Source of the DNA: Dehalococcoidia bacterium
GTDB lineage: Bacteria > Chloroflexota > Dehalococcoidia > Bin125
DNA: 64,000 nucleotides
Assembly: GCA_963663185.1 (NCBI GenBank)
Contig: OY760135.1
Span: forward strand, 530,044-594,043
Reading direction: 5' to 3'
Part shown: piece by piece, positions 22,247-31,740 of the stretch
Position numbering within the stretch: the stretch's first letter is position 1
How the letters are laid out: each line of letters begins with the position of its first letter
Notes under the pieces: generated by a model
What the model was told of the DNA's origin: nothing
What the model saw: only the letters and a program-made list of their open reading frames with translations
Database searches by the model: none
Translations under genes and position numbers: made by a program

Positions 22247-23245
22247 ATGGCCGTGTATCTGTTTCATGGGACTGACCGATTCGCGCGACAGGAAGCGGTC
22301 GCCGCCTTGCGGCGCGAACACGACGCGGACGGCTCGCTCGCCAACAACTCGGTCGAGTTCGAGGGCGCGCGGCTGAACCTCGCCGAACTCTCGGTGGCGG
22401 CGTCGGCCGTGCCGTTCCTCGGCGCGACGCGTTGGGTGCGAGTCAACGGGCTCTGCGCCCGCTTCAGCGGCGGCGGGCGCGGGGCGCGGTCGCTCGGCGA
22501 TTGGAGCGATCTCGATGAGCTGCTGCCCAACCTCCCGCCGTCTACCGCGCTGGTCTTCGTTGAGGATGATCTGCGGCGCGGCAACCCGATGCAACGCCTG
22601 ATCGAGCCTCACGCCGACGTCCGCGCGTTCTCCCCCTTGAAGGCGGAAGCGGCAACTGAGTGGTTGCGCAGCGCCGTGCGGTCACGCGGCTTGCATCTGA
22701 CTCGCAACGCTGCCCGCGCCCTGGTAGAACGCAGCGGCGGCGATCGCGGCGCGATGACGCAAGCGATCGAAAAGCTGTCGCTGTACGCCGGTGACGCCAA
22801 TGTCGATGACGCCATCGTCGAGGCCATGATTCCACAGGTGCGCTCGGTGACGATCTTCAACCTGATCGATGCCGTCGCGGAGCAACGCATTTCGGATGCC
22901 ATGCAGCTGCTTGACGCTGTCCGCGCAGACGGCACAGCCGAGCAGGTGATCCTGCAGATGTTGGCGCGCACGTATCGGCAGATCATCATCGCCCGTGACG
23001 TGCTCGATCGGGGCGGGTCGCAGGCAGACATCCAGTCCGCCATCAAGTCGAACTTCAGCTGGCTGGCTGGTCGGTTGCGTCGGCAGGCGCAACGCTACAG
23101 TCAGGCCTCGGCCGACGCCACGCTCGAGCGCATCCTCGAAGCTGAAACAGCCATCATCGACTACCGCCAGGGCCAGGGCGGCCTACAAGAAGACATCGCC
23201 GTCGAGCTCCTCATTGCAGACCTGGCCGGCTCTTCCCTCCGCTAA
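22247..23245 (+). CDS. holA: DNA polymerase III delta subunit
   Basis: VYLFHGTD.F, AVPFLG, IEKLSLY, TIFNLIDAV. Confidence 0.85.
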   Translation: MAVYLFHGTDRFARQEAVAALRREHDADGSLANNSVEFEGARLNLAELSVAASAVPFLGATRWVRVNGLCARFSGGGRGARSLGDWSDLDELLPNLPPSTALVFVEDDLRRGNPMQRLIEPHADVRAFSPLKAEAATEWLRSAVRSRGLHLTRNAARALVERSGGDRGAMTQAIEKLSLYAGDANVDDAIVEAMIPQVRSVTIFNLIDAVAEQRISDAMQLLDAVRADGTAEQVILQMLARTYRQIIIARDVLDRGGSQADIQSAIKSNFSWLAGRLRRQAQRYSQASADATLERILEAETAIIDYRQGQGGLQEDIAVELLIADLAGSSLR

Positions 23246-23365
23246 TCCCTACCGCTAGCCCTCTCCGCCTCGGCGTCTTCCACCAGAGAGTATGGACAGG
23301 AAAGTAACTGGCGCCTGGCTCTCGAACTGAAGGATGCGCCAACAAAACCAGACGACTGCCAGTCC

Positions 23366-24358
23366 CTACAACTCAAGCACCGGGTTGTAGCAAGCCAGCC
23401 GCTGACCCAGGCGGCCCTCCGCCACCGCCGTCAGATCCGGTTCCGGCGCCTCCCGACACTTCGTCAGCGCCTTCAGGCAGCGTCCGAGATAGGCGCAATG
23501 CTCGCCGATCGCCTCATCCGCCAAGTCTGGTAGACCACCGGGAATCTGCCGCAATCGCGAGCCGCGACGCCGGTCCAGTCTCGGCAACGTCTCGAGCAGC
23601 GCATACGTGTAGGGATGCCGCGGCTGACGATAGAGCGGAATCACATCGTCCACTTCCATCATCCGACCCGCATAGATGATCGCTACCCGCTCGGCGATCT
23701 GCGCCACCACGCCCATGTCGTGCGTGATCAGCAGGATCGACGTGCCGCGCTCGTCGCGCAGTCGCTCGAGCTCATACAGAATCTGCGCTTGCACGGTCAC
23801 GTCAAGCGACGCAGTCGGTTCGTCTGCGATCAGCAGCTTCGGGTCCAGCGCCGTCGCGATCGCGATCATCACGCGCTGACACATCCCACCCGAGAGTTCG
23901 CCGGGATACGATTTCGCGATCCGTTTCGGATCGGGCAGTTGCATCGCGTCGAGCGCGTCGAGCGCCCGCTCGCGCGCTTCCTTCTTCGGCACGTCGCGAT
24001 GCGACGTGATCACCTCTTCAACCTGTTGGCCGACCGAGATGATCGGGTTGAGGCCCGCGATCGGATCCTGGAAGATCATCGAAATCTGGTCGCCGCGCAG
24101 CGTCTGCATCTCAGCCCGATCCATCGCGCTGATGTCGCGGCCTTCAAACTGGATGCGTCCGCTGGTCTGGTCGGCATTGCGTGGAAGGATGCGCAGGATC
24201 GCGAGACCGAGCGTGGTTTTGCCGGAGCCGCTCTCGCCGACGAGCGCCACGATCTCTCCGCGCGCCACGTCCAGGCTCGCGCCGCGAACCGCTTGCACGC
24301 GACCTTCGCGTGTGCGGTACTCGATACTCACGTCATCCATGCTCAGAATCGGCGGCAC
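23366..24358 (-). CDS. Oligopeptide/dipeptide ABC transporter ATP-binding protein (OppD/DppD-like)
   Basis: GESGSGKT, LSGGMCQR, ADEPT, HPYT and C-terminal Cys cluster. Confidence 0.93.
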   Translation of the reverse strand: MPPILSMDDVSIEYRTREGRVQAVRGASLDVARGEIVALVGESGSGKTTLGLAILRILPRNADQTSGRIQFEGRDISAMDRAEMQTLRGDQISMIFQDPIAGLNPIISVGQQVEEVITSHRDVPKKEARERALDALDAMQLPDPKRIAKSYPGELSGGMCQRVMIAIATALDPKLLIADEPTASLDVTVQAQILYELERLRDERGTSILLITHDMGVVAQIAERVAIIYAGRMMEVDDVIPLYRQPRHPYTYALLETLPRLDRRRGSRLRQIPGGLPDLADEAIGEHCAYLGRCLKALTKCREAPEPDLTAVAEGRLGQRLACYNPVLEL

Positions 24359-24367
24359 GGGAGTAGC

Positions 24368-25543
24368 CTACGCGCCGCCACGCGGGTCGAAGCCGGCGCG
24401 CGGCGCACCGCCGAGCGCGCTCACGATCTGCTCCAGTCCGACCACGCCCAACAGTCGACCGCGCTCCACCACCGGCAGCACGAACAATCGCTCGCGTTGC
24501 AGGCGCCGCAACGCCTCATCGGCGCCCGTCTGAGTATTGATCGGCTCGACCTGACTCGCTTCCACCATGATGTCGCGCAGACGCGCGGTCTGGTAGCGCT
24601 CCTCCTCCAACAACAGAATCTGCACCGCAGACGTAATCCCCACCGCTGCGCCTGACTCGGTCACGATGAAGACGTCCTGTTGGTCAAGTTGCGCTCGGGA
24701 GGGCGCCAGCACCTTGACGGCCAGGGCGGCTTCGGCGGTGCGGGCGATCGGCGGCGCCAGCATCAGCTCGCCCACTCGGAGCAGCGAGAGGTCGCGCTCC
24801 AACTCCGCTGCCTTGACGCCTTGCGCCGCCTGAGTCAGCAACAGAAATCCGACCAGCGCCACCCAGATCGAATTCAAGCCGCTGTCAAAGAAGGACACGT
24901 CCGTCAGAATTCCGCCGATGCCGTAGATGATCATCACCGCGCCCAGCATCTGACCGAGGCGCGCCGAGGCGCGAGTGGCGCGATGTCGCGATCCGGTGAC
25001 GCGCCAGATCGCGGCTCGCGCGACGCGACCGCCATCCAGCGGGAAGCCGGGCAGCATGTTGAACGCCGCGAGAAAGCCGTTGGCCAGTCCCAGCACAAAG
25101 AGCATCTCAGCCAGCGTCGTCTCGCGCGCGAGCACGAACAGCGCGACGGCCAGAAAGATGGCTGCCAGCAGCGCTGACGCCAGCGGTCCCACGACCGCGA
25201 TCCAAAACTCCTGCCCCGGCCGCTGCGAATCCTCGCGGATCAGGGAAACGCCGCCGAAAAAGAAGAGTGTGATCGAAGACACTTCCATACCGTAGCGCCG
25301 CGCCCACAAGGAGTGCGCCAGCTCGTGTACGAGCAGCGAGGCGAAGTAGACGACGCCTCCGACCAGGCCGTACAGCCAGCGCTCAGCGCCGCCGAGTCCG
25401 TCAACCGAATCGGGCAGGATTTGCGTGGCGATCAGGAAGACGAGCAGCGCGAAGACGAAGAAGAAGGAAATGTCCAACTTAATCGGGATCCCAAGCACCC
25501 GACCGATCTGAATTCCATTCCCGCCGAACATTCCGAAACGCAT
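24368..25543 (-). CDS. Site-2 protease (M50) with CBS domains
   Basis: HELAH, FNMLPGFPLDGG, CBS-like C-terminus. Confidence 0.92.
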   Translation of the reverse strand: MRFGMFGGNGIQIGRVLGIPIKLDISFFFVFALLVFLIATQILPDSVDGLGGAERWLYGLVGGVVYFASLLVHELAHSLWARRYGMEVSSITLFFFGGVSLIREDSQRPGQEFWIAVVGPLASALLAAIFLAVALFVLARETTLAEMLFVLGLANGFLAAFNMLPGFPLDGGRVARAAIWRVTGSRHRATRASARLGQMLGAVMIIYGIGGILTDVSFFDSGLNSIWVALVGFLLLTQAAQGVKAAELERDLSLLRVGELMLAPPIARTAEAALAVKVLAPSRAQLDQQDVFIVTESGAAVGITSAVQILLLEEERYQTARLRDIMVEASQVEPINTQTGADEALRRLQRERLFVLPVVERGRLLGVVGLEQIVSALGGAPRAGFDPRGGA

Positions 25544-25695
25544 ATCTACATCCTATGCAGTTCCGCTCAGCCACGTAACGCCGACCCTCGCGCTCCCGTC
25601 GCAACCAGTCGAACCAGGCGCAGTCGCAACCAGGCGCAGAGGTGGACCCGCGCTCGGCGTGGAGTGATGAGTCGCTGCGGATATGCTCAGAACAC

Positions 25696-26616
25696 ATGCG
25701 ACGCACTGCTGACCGAGTCTCCGTGTTTGGCCTGGCCCTGATCCTGCAAGGCGCTCTGCAGTGGCTGATCGGGCCTCCGCCCGAAGGCCGTCCGACGTGG
25801 CTCGCCTGGCTGCTGTCGAAAAGCACTCGGATCGCCACGCTGCCGCCGCGGCTGCGCGTGTTTGCGCCCTTCGCGGCGTCGTTCGTAGCGATTCGGGCGG
25901 CCGCGCTTGCCGAAGGCTCGCGACCTGAAGGCCGCGCGCGACTGTTGGCGATCCTGCTGCAGGCCGCATTATTGGCCATCACCTTCGACGCCTGGCGCGG
26001 AGTCCGTACGTCCACAGCGTTCCAGCGCGAGCTCGAACAGGCACCGCTGGATGACAGCGGTCGCCCGCTCGCCGCTTTGGACGCAGATCGAGTCGAGGCC
26101 GAGATCGGTCGACTCGCCAACGCCACCTCCGAGAGCGTCGTCGGCCCCTGGGCGGCGTACGCCGCCTTCGACCTCGCCGGCGCCGTATCGTACGCCGCCG
26201 TCGAGTCGCTCGGCGGTCCCATGGCTGGCCCCGGCACCGACGGTCCGTTGGCGGCGATGTTGGACCCGCGCCGACAGCTCGTCTCCGTGCGTCGCGGGCG
26301 CGACGCCATCGCCGCCGCCGCCACGTTGGCCGCGCGCGGACGCGCGGACTTGCAGGCGCCCGACCTGGAAGACTTGGCGATGGGCGCGGACATGCCCATG
26401 CCGGTCACCGCCATGTCGGTGGCGCTCGACCGCCGCGCCTCATGGAATGGCCGCTCGGTCGGCTGGCAACGCCCCCCGCCCAAGCTCGAAGACCTGTCGC
26501 GCGCCCGTCGACTACACCTCAAGTCGCTCGCGTTACTCGCCATCACCGCAGCCGTCGTCGCCTCGTTGAGCGAACTCTTGCATCCCCCAACTCACCCTGC
26601 GGGCAGTGACCATTAG
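25696..26616 (+). CDS. Divergent CobD/CbiB-like membrane protein
   Basis: WLIGPP, LANATSESVVGP..Y..F.LAGAVSY.AVESL resembles the CbiB AENTSDGVVAP...AYRAVNTL region; start uncertain. Confidence 0.5.
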   Translation: MRRTADRVSVFGLALILQGALQWLIGPPPEGRPTWLAWLLSKSTRIATLPPRLRVFAPFAASFVAIRAAALAEGSRPEGRARLLAILLQAALLAITFDAWRGVRTSTAFQRELEQAPLDDSGRPLAALDADRVEAEIGRLANATSESVVGPWAAYAAFDLAGAVSYAAVESLGGPMAGPGTDGPLAAMLDPRRQLVSVRRGRDAIAAAATLAARGRADLQAPDLEDLAMGADMPMPVTAMSVALDRRASWNGRSVGWQRPPPKLEDLSRARRLHLKSLALLAITAAVVASLSELLHPPTHPAGSDH

Positions 26617-26676
26617 GATGATCAGGTTGATTGATACACTCTGAACCGATCGACGAAACTAGACAATCGGAGACCG

Positions 26677-27108
26677 ATGATGCCCCAGTTCCCATCCGTA
26701 GAGTGGTTTGAAGCGCTTCGCGACACCGTCGTAGATGACCCGCATTGGCGCGACTTCGGCATGATGGACTGCGCCATGGGCGTCAACGTGGGCGACGCTA
26801 CCATCAAGCTCGTCTTTGACGGCTTTGACATCCCCGAAATCGCCGACGTATCCGGACGCGCGGATGGTGAAGACCTCGACTTCACCCTGGTGATGCCGAC
26901 CGAACGCTGGCAGGAAATGCTGGTCAACATCCAGCAAAACGGTCACGCGGACCTGCACCACACCCTCAACACGATCGACCTGGAGAGTCCGGAAGAGCTC
27001 GCCAAAGGCGAGGACTACAACCGCCGCGACCTCTTCTACCGATTCAACCAGACACTGCAAGACTTCTTTGACGCCTCGTCGTCGGTCGAAACCACCTTCG
27101 CCGAATAG
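26677..27108 (+). CDS. Hypothetical protein, possibly SCP2-like
   Basis: FPSVEWFEAL N-terminus reminiscent of SCP2-like proteins; GGAG RBS. Confidence 0.6.
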   Translation: MMPQFPSVEWFEALRDTVVDDPHWRDFGMMDCAMGVNVGDATIKLVFDGFDIPEIADVSGRADGEDLDFTLVMPTERWQEMLVNIQQNGHADLHHTLNTIDLESPEELAKGEDYNRRDLFYRFNQTLQDFFDASSSVETTFAE

Positions 27109-27149
27109 CCCGACCGAGCCCGGCGCCGACAAACGGAACCACATCCACA

Positions 27150-27455
27150 TTGACCATCGCTGAACCTCGCCTCAGAGAGATCATGCGCGCGGCCGGCTGG
27201 TCCGAGCGCGAAATGAAGGACGTGCTCAGGATTACCTATCGCGAAAGTCGCTGGAACCCGCGCGCGATCAACCGTAACGATCCGTTCGGCGGCAGCTACG
27301 GCCTGTTCCAACTCAACGGGTGGTGGGAGCGATACGGCATCGAAGAAGTGGGCGAACAGCTCAATACCCAGTTGGCGCTGCGCCCGATGTATAACGCGCG
27401 CTACGCTCGCAAAGTCTACGAGCGCTTCGGCTGGAAGCCCTGGAGCACGGCCTGA
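27150..27455 (+). CDS. Small lytic transglycosylase (SLT/lysozyme-like) domain protein
   Basis: RESRWNPRAIN...SYGLFQLN...W.PWS; TTG start. Confidence 0.75.
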   Translation: MTIAEPRLREIMRAAGWSEREMKDVLRITYRESRWNPRAINRNDPFGGSYGLFQLNGWWERYGIEEVGEQLNTQLALRPMYNARYARKVYERFGWKPWSTA

Positions 27456-27507
27456 CAGAGGCGCCGCAATCCAGCTCTTGCCAGCTCTTGCGGCGACTAG
27501 ACTGCTT

Positions 27508-28320
27508 ATGATGCCCATCTCCGTCACGCTCATCGACTACACGCCCGATCCAATCCGCACCCTCTACATGGCCTACCGAGTCTGCTACTCGGCGCTGACG
27601 CCCCAGCAGGTGTTGGAGCGCATTGATGACGAGCGGATTTCGCAGAGCAAAATGTTGGAGTTCGTCGAAGCGCGCCTCCAGACCGGACACATGTCGCCCC
27701 TGGAGCAGGTGCATTTCGAGTTCGGGATATCCGGCGTCTCCCGCGCCTTCTCGCACCAGTTCGTGCGACACCGAATCGGCATCAGCTTCGAGCAGCAGTC
27801 GCAGCGCTACGTGACCTACAAGGACGGCGAGTTCCCGTACTCCGTGCCGCGCACCGTTGAGCGGGCGGGGATGCGCGACGACATGGCCGCGCTCTTCCAG
27901 CAGGCGGGCGCCTTGTACGAGAAGATGGTGGCCGCCGGCGTGCCGGCGGAAGACGCACGGTTCCTGCTCCCGAATGCGACCAGCACGAACTTCAAAATCA
28001 CCGTCAACTTCGCCTCGCTGCTTCACATCGCTGACCTGAGACTATGCACACGCGCTCAGTGGGAATTCCGCAAGGTCGTGTCGCTGATGCGGGCAGCGGT
28101 CATCAAGGTCGCACCTGAACTGGGAACGCACCTGCAACCCAAATGCGGAGAGCGCCGGATGGGATATTGCGACGAGGATTACGAGGCCTGGGAAGACTGC
28201 CCCATTGGGCGCAAGCGTCCGCACAAGCGAGAGCTGTTTCAGCTCTACGATTCGTATCGCCGCGGCGAGTTGGGCGATCTTGCCGCCGAGGACATGGAAT
28301 TGATCGCGTCTGAGGGCTAA
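27508..28320 (+). CDS. thyX: FAD-dependent thymidylate synthase
   Basis: GHMSPLEQ, QFVRHRIGISFEQQSQRY, EDARFLLP, LRLCTRAQWE. Confidence 0.96.
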   Translation: MMPISVTLIDYTPDPIRTLYMAYRVCYSALTPQQVLERIDDERISQSKMLEFVEARLQTGHMSPLEQVHFEFGISGVSRAFSHQFVRHRIGISFEQQSQRYVTYKDGEFPYSVPRTVERAGMRDDMAALFQQAGALYEKMVAAGVPAEDARFLLPNATSTNFKITVNFASLLHIADLRLCTRAQWEFRKVVSLMRAAVIKVAPELGTHLQPKCGERRMGYCDEDYEAWEDCPIGRKRPHKRELFQLYDSYRRGELGDLAAEDMELIASEG

Positions 28321-28682
28321 TCCGCGACCAACTCCAGCAACTGCACGAAGTTGCCGTCCGGATCCAGCAATGTGGTCACGTATCCGCCCCACGACTCACG
28401 CTCAGGCTCGCGATGCACACGCATGCGCGGGTCGGACGCGCGGACACGCTCGTATACGGCCAGCACGTCGTCCACAAACAGATTGATCTGCATCCGAACC
28501 GGCTCCTGCGTCGGCCCCGTAATCCCTGAGTGATCGAGGATGCGGATAAATCCGCCGGCGGCGGCGAATACCGGATCGCGGAACCGATCGACCCGCTCGA
28601 GCCCGAGCGTCTCGCCATAGAAGCGCGCGAGCGCCTGCGGCTGATCCGTACCGATCATGATGGTGAACTCGCGGACCTGCAT
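28317..28682 (-). CDS. VOC/glyoxalase family protein
   Basis: RFYGETLGL, WGG...LDPDGNFVQL. Confidence 0.85.
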   Translation of the reverse strand: MQVREFTIMIGTDQPQALARFYGETLGLERVDRFRDPVFAAAGGFIRILDHSGITGPTQEPVRMQINLFVDDVLAVYERVRASDPRMRVHREPERESWGGYVTTLLDPDGNFVQLLELVAD

Positions 28683-28689
28683 GGCAAAC

Positions 28690-29514
28690 TCAGACCTCCA
28701 GCGACAGACCGTCCGAGGCGACGATGATCGTGCCCGCAAACGCCTGCCGCGCCTCAGCGACGAGCTCGGCATCCCGTTCGTCCGGCGTGAGATGCGTGAG
28801 GATCAGCGTGCGGACGCCGGCCGCAGCGGCAATCCGTCCCGCGTCCACGGCCTGACAGTGCGATCCGCGCATGGCGTCATACAGACCCTCGCGTCGCCCA
28901 GCCGGAATCCGCTGCGCCAGCCGCTCAAGCGCCGACTCCGTAAACCCCTCGTGGATGAGGACATCCGCGCCCTCCGCGAGCGGAACCATCGCCTCGGGCG
29001 CGTAGATGCTGTCGCCCGAGTAGACCAATGTGCGACCGCCAGCCTGAAAGCGTCGCGCCAGACATTCCAGCGTGGCCGCGTGCGGCACCTCCACCGCGCG
29101 CACCGCGATCCCGTGCAGTTCTCGCTCATCGCCCGGGCGCGTCAGGCTGACCGTGACGCCATCGAGCCACTCGCGGATGCGGTCATTCGTCGCATTCGCG
29201 CGCGCGAAGTTGAGCGCCGACTCGGTGTAGCTGTCCGTGTCACGCGGGCCATAGATCGCGACCGGCGGCCCGGAACGCGAGATCAAGCGGGAGAACAGCT
29301 CCACCACTCCCATCGCGTGATCAAAGTGCAGATGAGAGAACAGGACCGACTGAATCGCGTCCGGGTCCAGCCTTGAGCTGACCAACCGCTCCATAAACCC
29401 TGGCCCGGTATCGAGCATCAGTTGCGCGTCGCCGTGCGCGAGGTGGATCGCAGCCGCGCCACGGCGCGGATTGACCGCCGCGCCCGCTCCTGACCCACAG
29501 AAGGTAATCCGCAT
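28690..29514 (-). CDS. MBL-fold hydrolase (RNase Z/arylsulfatase-like)
   Basis: LDTGPG, SHLHFDH, YSGD, LIHE, LILTH. Confidence 0.88.
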   Translation of the reverse strand: MRITFCGSGAGAAVNPRRGAAAIHLAHGDAQLMLDTGPGFMERLVSSRLDPDAIQSVLFSHLHFDHAMGVVELFSRLISRSGPPVAIYGPRDTDSYTESALNFARANATNDRIREWLDGVTVSLTRPGDERELHGIAVRAVEVPHAATLECLARRFQAGGRTLVYSGDSIYAPEAMVPLAEGADVLIHEGFTESALERLAQRIPAGRREGLYDAMRGSHCQAVDAGRIAAAAGVRTLILTHLTPDERDAELVAEARQAFAGTIIVASDGLSLEV

Positions 29515-29602
29515 AGCAGCTCCCAACAGCCTGCGCGCCGCGCCACAACGCGCTGGCGACTTGCGCAGGCTACTCTCGCGGCGCCGTAACTGCGCCGTCG
29601 CA

Positions 29603-30232
29603 TCAGCGGAACAGCCCGTGTTCGGCCGCGTAGCGAATCACGATCGGCGATACATCCGCGGAGACATCCTCGCCCCTCCCCAGACGGGCGCGCAGCTCCG
29701 TCGCCGAGAGGTCGACCGGGTCCATCGGCACCCAGTCGAGCCAGCGCCCCAGACCAGGCACGATCTGGTCCAGCTGGCGCCGATCGAGCTCCGCACCCGG
29801 ACGCACAGCAGCCGCAATCCTGGCGCACGCCAGGATTTCCTTCGCGCGACGCCAGTGGGGCAGGTCCAGCACCGCGTCGGCGCCCATAATCCACCACAAT
29901 TGCTCAGCTCCGCGATCGCGCAGCCAGTTCACCGTGTCCAATGTGTACGTCGGCCCCGCGCGCCGCACCTCCACATCCGAGACCTCGAGTCCACCGCCGC
30001 GGTCCGCAACCGCCGCGCGCGCCATCGCCAGCCGGTGTTCGGCCGGCGTGATCTTCCGACCTCGCTTGCGCCACGGATCGCCGGCCGGGATCAGGATCAG
30101 GCGGTCCAGCTCCAGCGCCTGCGCCGCGGCATCCGCCAGGTGCAGGTGCGCTCGGTGGAGCGGGTCGAATGTGCCGCCCAACGCGCCGACCCGCTGGTGC
30201 GGCTCGAACCGCAGATCGCACGCTTCCGACAT
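29603..30232 (-). CDS. nadD: Nicotinate-nucleotide adenylyltransferase
   Basis: GGTFDPLHRAH, TYTLDT, IMGAD, LSATELR. Confidence 0.95.
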   Translation of the reverse strand: MSEACDLRFEPHQRVGALGGTFDPLHRAHLHLADAAAQALELDRLILIPAGDPWRKRGRKITPAEHRLAMARAAVADRGGGLEVSDVEVRRAGPTYTLDTVNWLRDRGAEQLWWIMGADAVLDLPHWRRAKEILACARIAAAVRPGAELDRRQLDQIVPGLGRWLDWVPMDPVDLSATELRARLGRGEDVSADVSPIVIRYAAEHGLFR

Positions 30233-30237
30233 CGACT

Positions 30238-31524
30238 TCAGCGCTCCCAGTCCCAGCGCATTCGCGACCGCCCGATTCGCACGACATCGCCGGGCCGGCA
30301 GCCCGCGCGGTATAACGCCGACGCCACGCCGCGCCGGTCAAGCCAGCGGTAAGTCTCCGCCAACGATTCGTCCGCGCCGAGTTCCATCATCGCGACAAAC
30401 CGCTCGACCGACTCGCCGCGCACCTCAAACACACCCGAGGCCGCCTCTTCCACTTCAAAGCGCCGCCCGTCCTGCTTCGGGCGCACCACCGGGATGATCG
30501 GCGGCCGCTGCGCGCCCTGCGACTCCGCCTGCGCGTCCAGCTCCGCGAGCGCGGACGCGCAGGCGCTCGCAACCGCGTCCGCGCCTTCCCCGCTGATCGC
30601 CGAGCAGAACATCGGCGGCGGCGCCAACTCTGCAAACAGCGACGAGATCTCGTCGCGCAGCAACCCAACCTCTTCCAGGTCCAGCTTGTTGATCACGACC
30701 ATCTGCGGACGCGCCGCCAGCTCTGGCGAGTAGCCTGCCAACTCGCGGTCAACCAGCGCCTTCGCCGCCAGCGGATCATCCTGCGAACCATCGATCAGGT
30801 GCAGTAGCAACCGCGTCCGCGACGTGTGACGGAGGAAGTCATGGCCCAGCCCGGCGCCATCCGCAGCGCCTGCAATCAGGCCCGGCAGGTCCGCCATCAC
30901 AAACTCGTCCCAGCCGACGGACACCACGCCGAGGTGCGGCTCCAGCGTCGTGAACGGATACGGCGCGACCTTCGGGTTGGCCGCCGACAACCAGCGCAGC
31001 AGCGACGACTTGCCAGCGTTCGGGAGTCCCACAATGCCGACGTCGGCAAGCACCCGCAGCTCGAAGCGCAGTCGCCGTCCCTGGCCCGCCTCGCCCTTCT
31101 GCGCGACGCGAGGCGTCCGGTTGGTCGCACTCTTGAAGTAGACGTTGCCGTGTCCGCCGCGGCCGCCCCAGGCCACCACGTGCGACTGACCATCCTGCTC
31201 CAGGTCGACGAGTCGCTCAACGCCGTCGCCATCCACCGCTGACACGACCGTCCCCAGCGGCAGCTCAAGCAATAGCGTGGCGCCGGCCCGTCCGCGACGC
31301 TGGTTGGTCCCGCCGTTGCTTCCCGGCGCCGCTCGAAAGTGCCGCTGACGGCGGTAGCGGCGCAACGTATTCAGCTGGCCGTTTGCCACCACGATCACAT
31401 CGCCGCCGCGACCGCCGCGACCACCGTCCGGGCCTCCGCGCGGAACGAACTTCTCGCGCCGAAACGACACGGCCCCGCGACCGCCCGCGCCGCCCTCTAC
31501 TTCGATCTCGACCGTATCGATCAT
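30238..31524 (-). CDS. obgE: GTPase ObgE/CgtA
   Basis: FRREKFVPRGGPDGG, GLPNAGKS, YPFTTL, DLPG, NKLD. Confidence 0.97.
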   Translation of the reverse strand: MIDTVEIEVEGGAGGRGAVSFRREKFVPRGGPDGGRGGRGGDVIVVANGQLNTLRRYRRQRHFRAAPGSNGGTNQRRGRAGATLLLELPLGTVVSAVDGDGVERLVDLEQDGQSHVVAWGGRGGHGNVYFKSATNRTPRVAQKGEAGQGRRLRFELRVLADVGIVGLPNAGKSSLLRWLSAANPKVAPYPFTTLEPHLGVVSVGWDEFVMADLPGLIAGAADGAGLGHDFLRHTSRTRLLLHLIDGSQDDPLAAKALVDRELAGYSPELAARPQMVVINKLDLEEVGLLRDEISSLFAELAPPPMFCSAISGEGADAVASACASALAELDAQAESQGAQRPPIIPVVRPKQDGRRFEVEEAASGVFEVRGESVERFVAMMELGADESLAETYRWLDRRGVASALYRAGCRPGDVVRIGRSRMRWDWER

Positions 31525-31740
31525 GCTTCGAGTCTATTCACAGCTTCAAATGCGCTTCTGGATCGGATCATGATCGTATGACAGGTGGTTAAAAAACTAT
31601 TGCCTTCCTCTCTTGCGCAATGCAAGATGTGGAAGGTCGGCCAATCGCGCACGTTTTACCGAGAAACGTGGCTCAGGAGCGGTGGATACTGCGTGGGTAC
31701 AGGCCGCGAAGCGCTGGATAGCCTCTGGACGCAGTCTGGA
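31525..31740. other. Candidate replication-origin segment downstream of dnaA
   Basis: Intergenic; AT-rich patch (ttaaaaaactatt), clustered GATC, degenerate DnaA-box-like words (ctattcaca 31534, tgtggaagg 31628, ggtggatac 31681). Confidence 0.4.

Noticed and set aside
26677-28320. Prophage remnant (SLT domain next to thyX)
   Set aside because: No integrase, structural or packaging genes; composition looks host-like.
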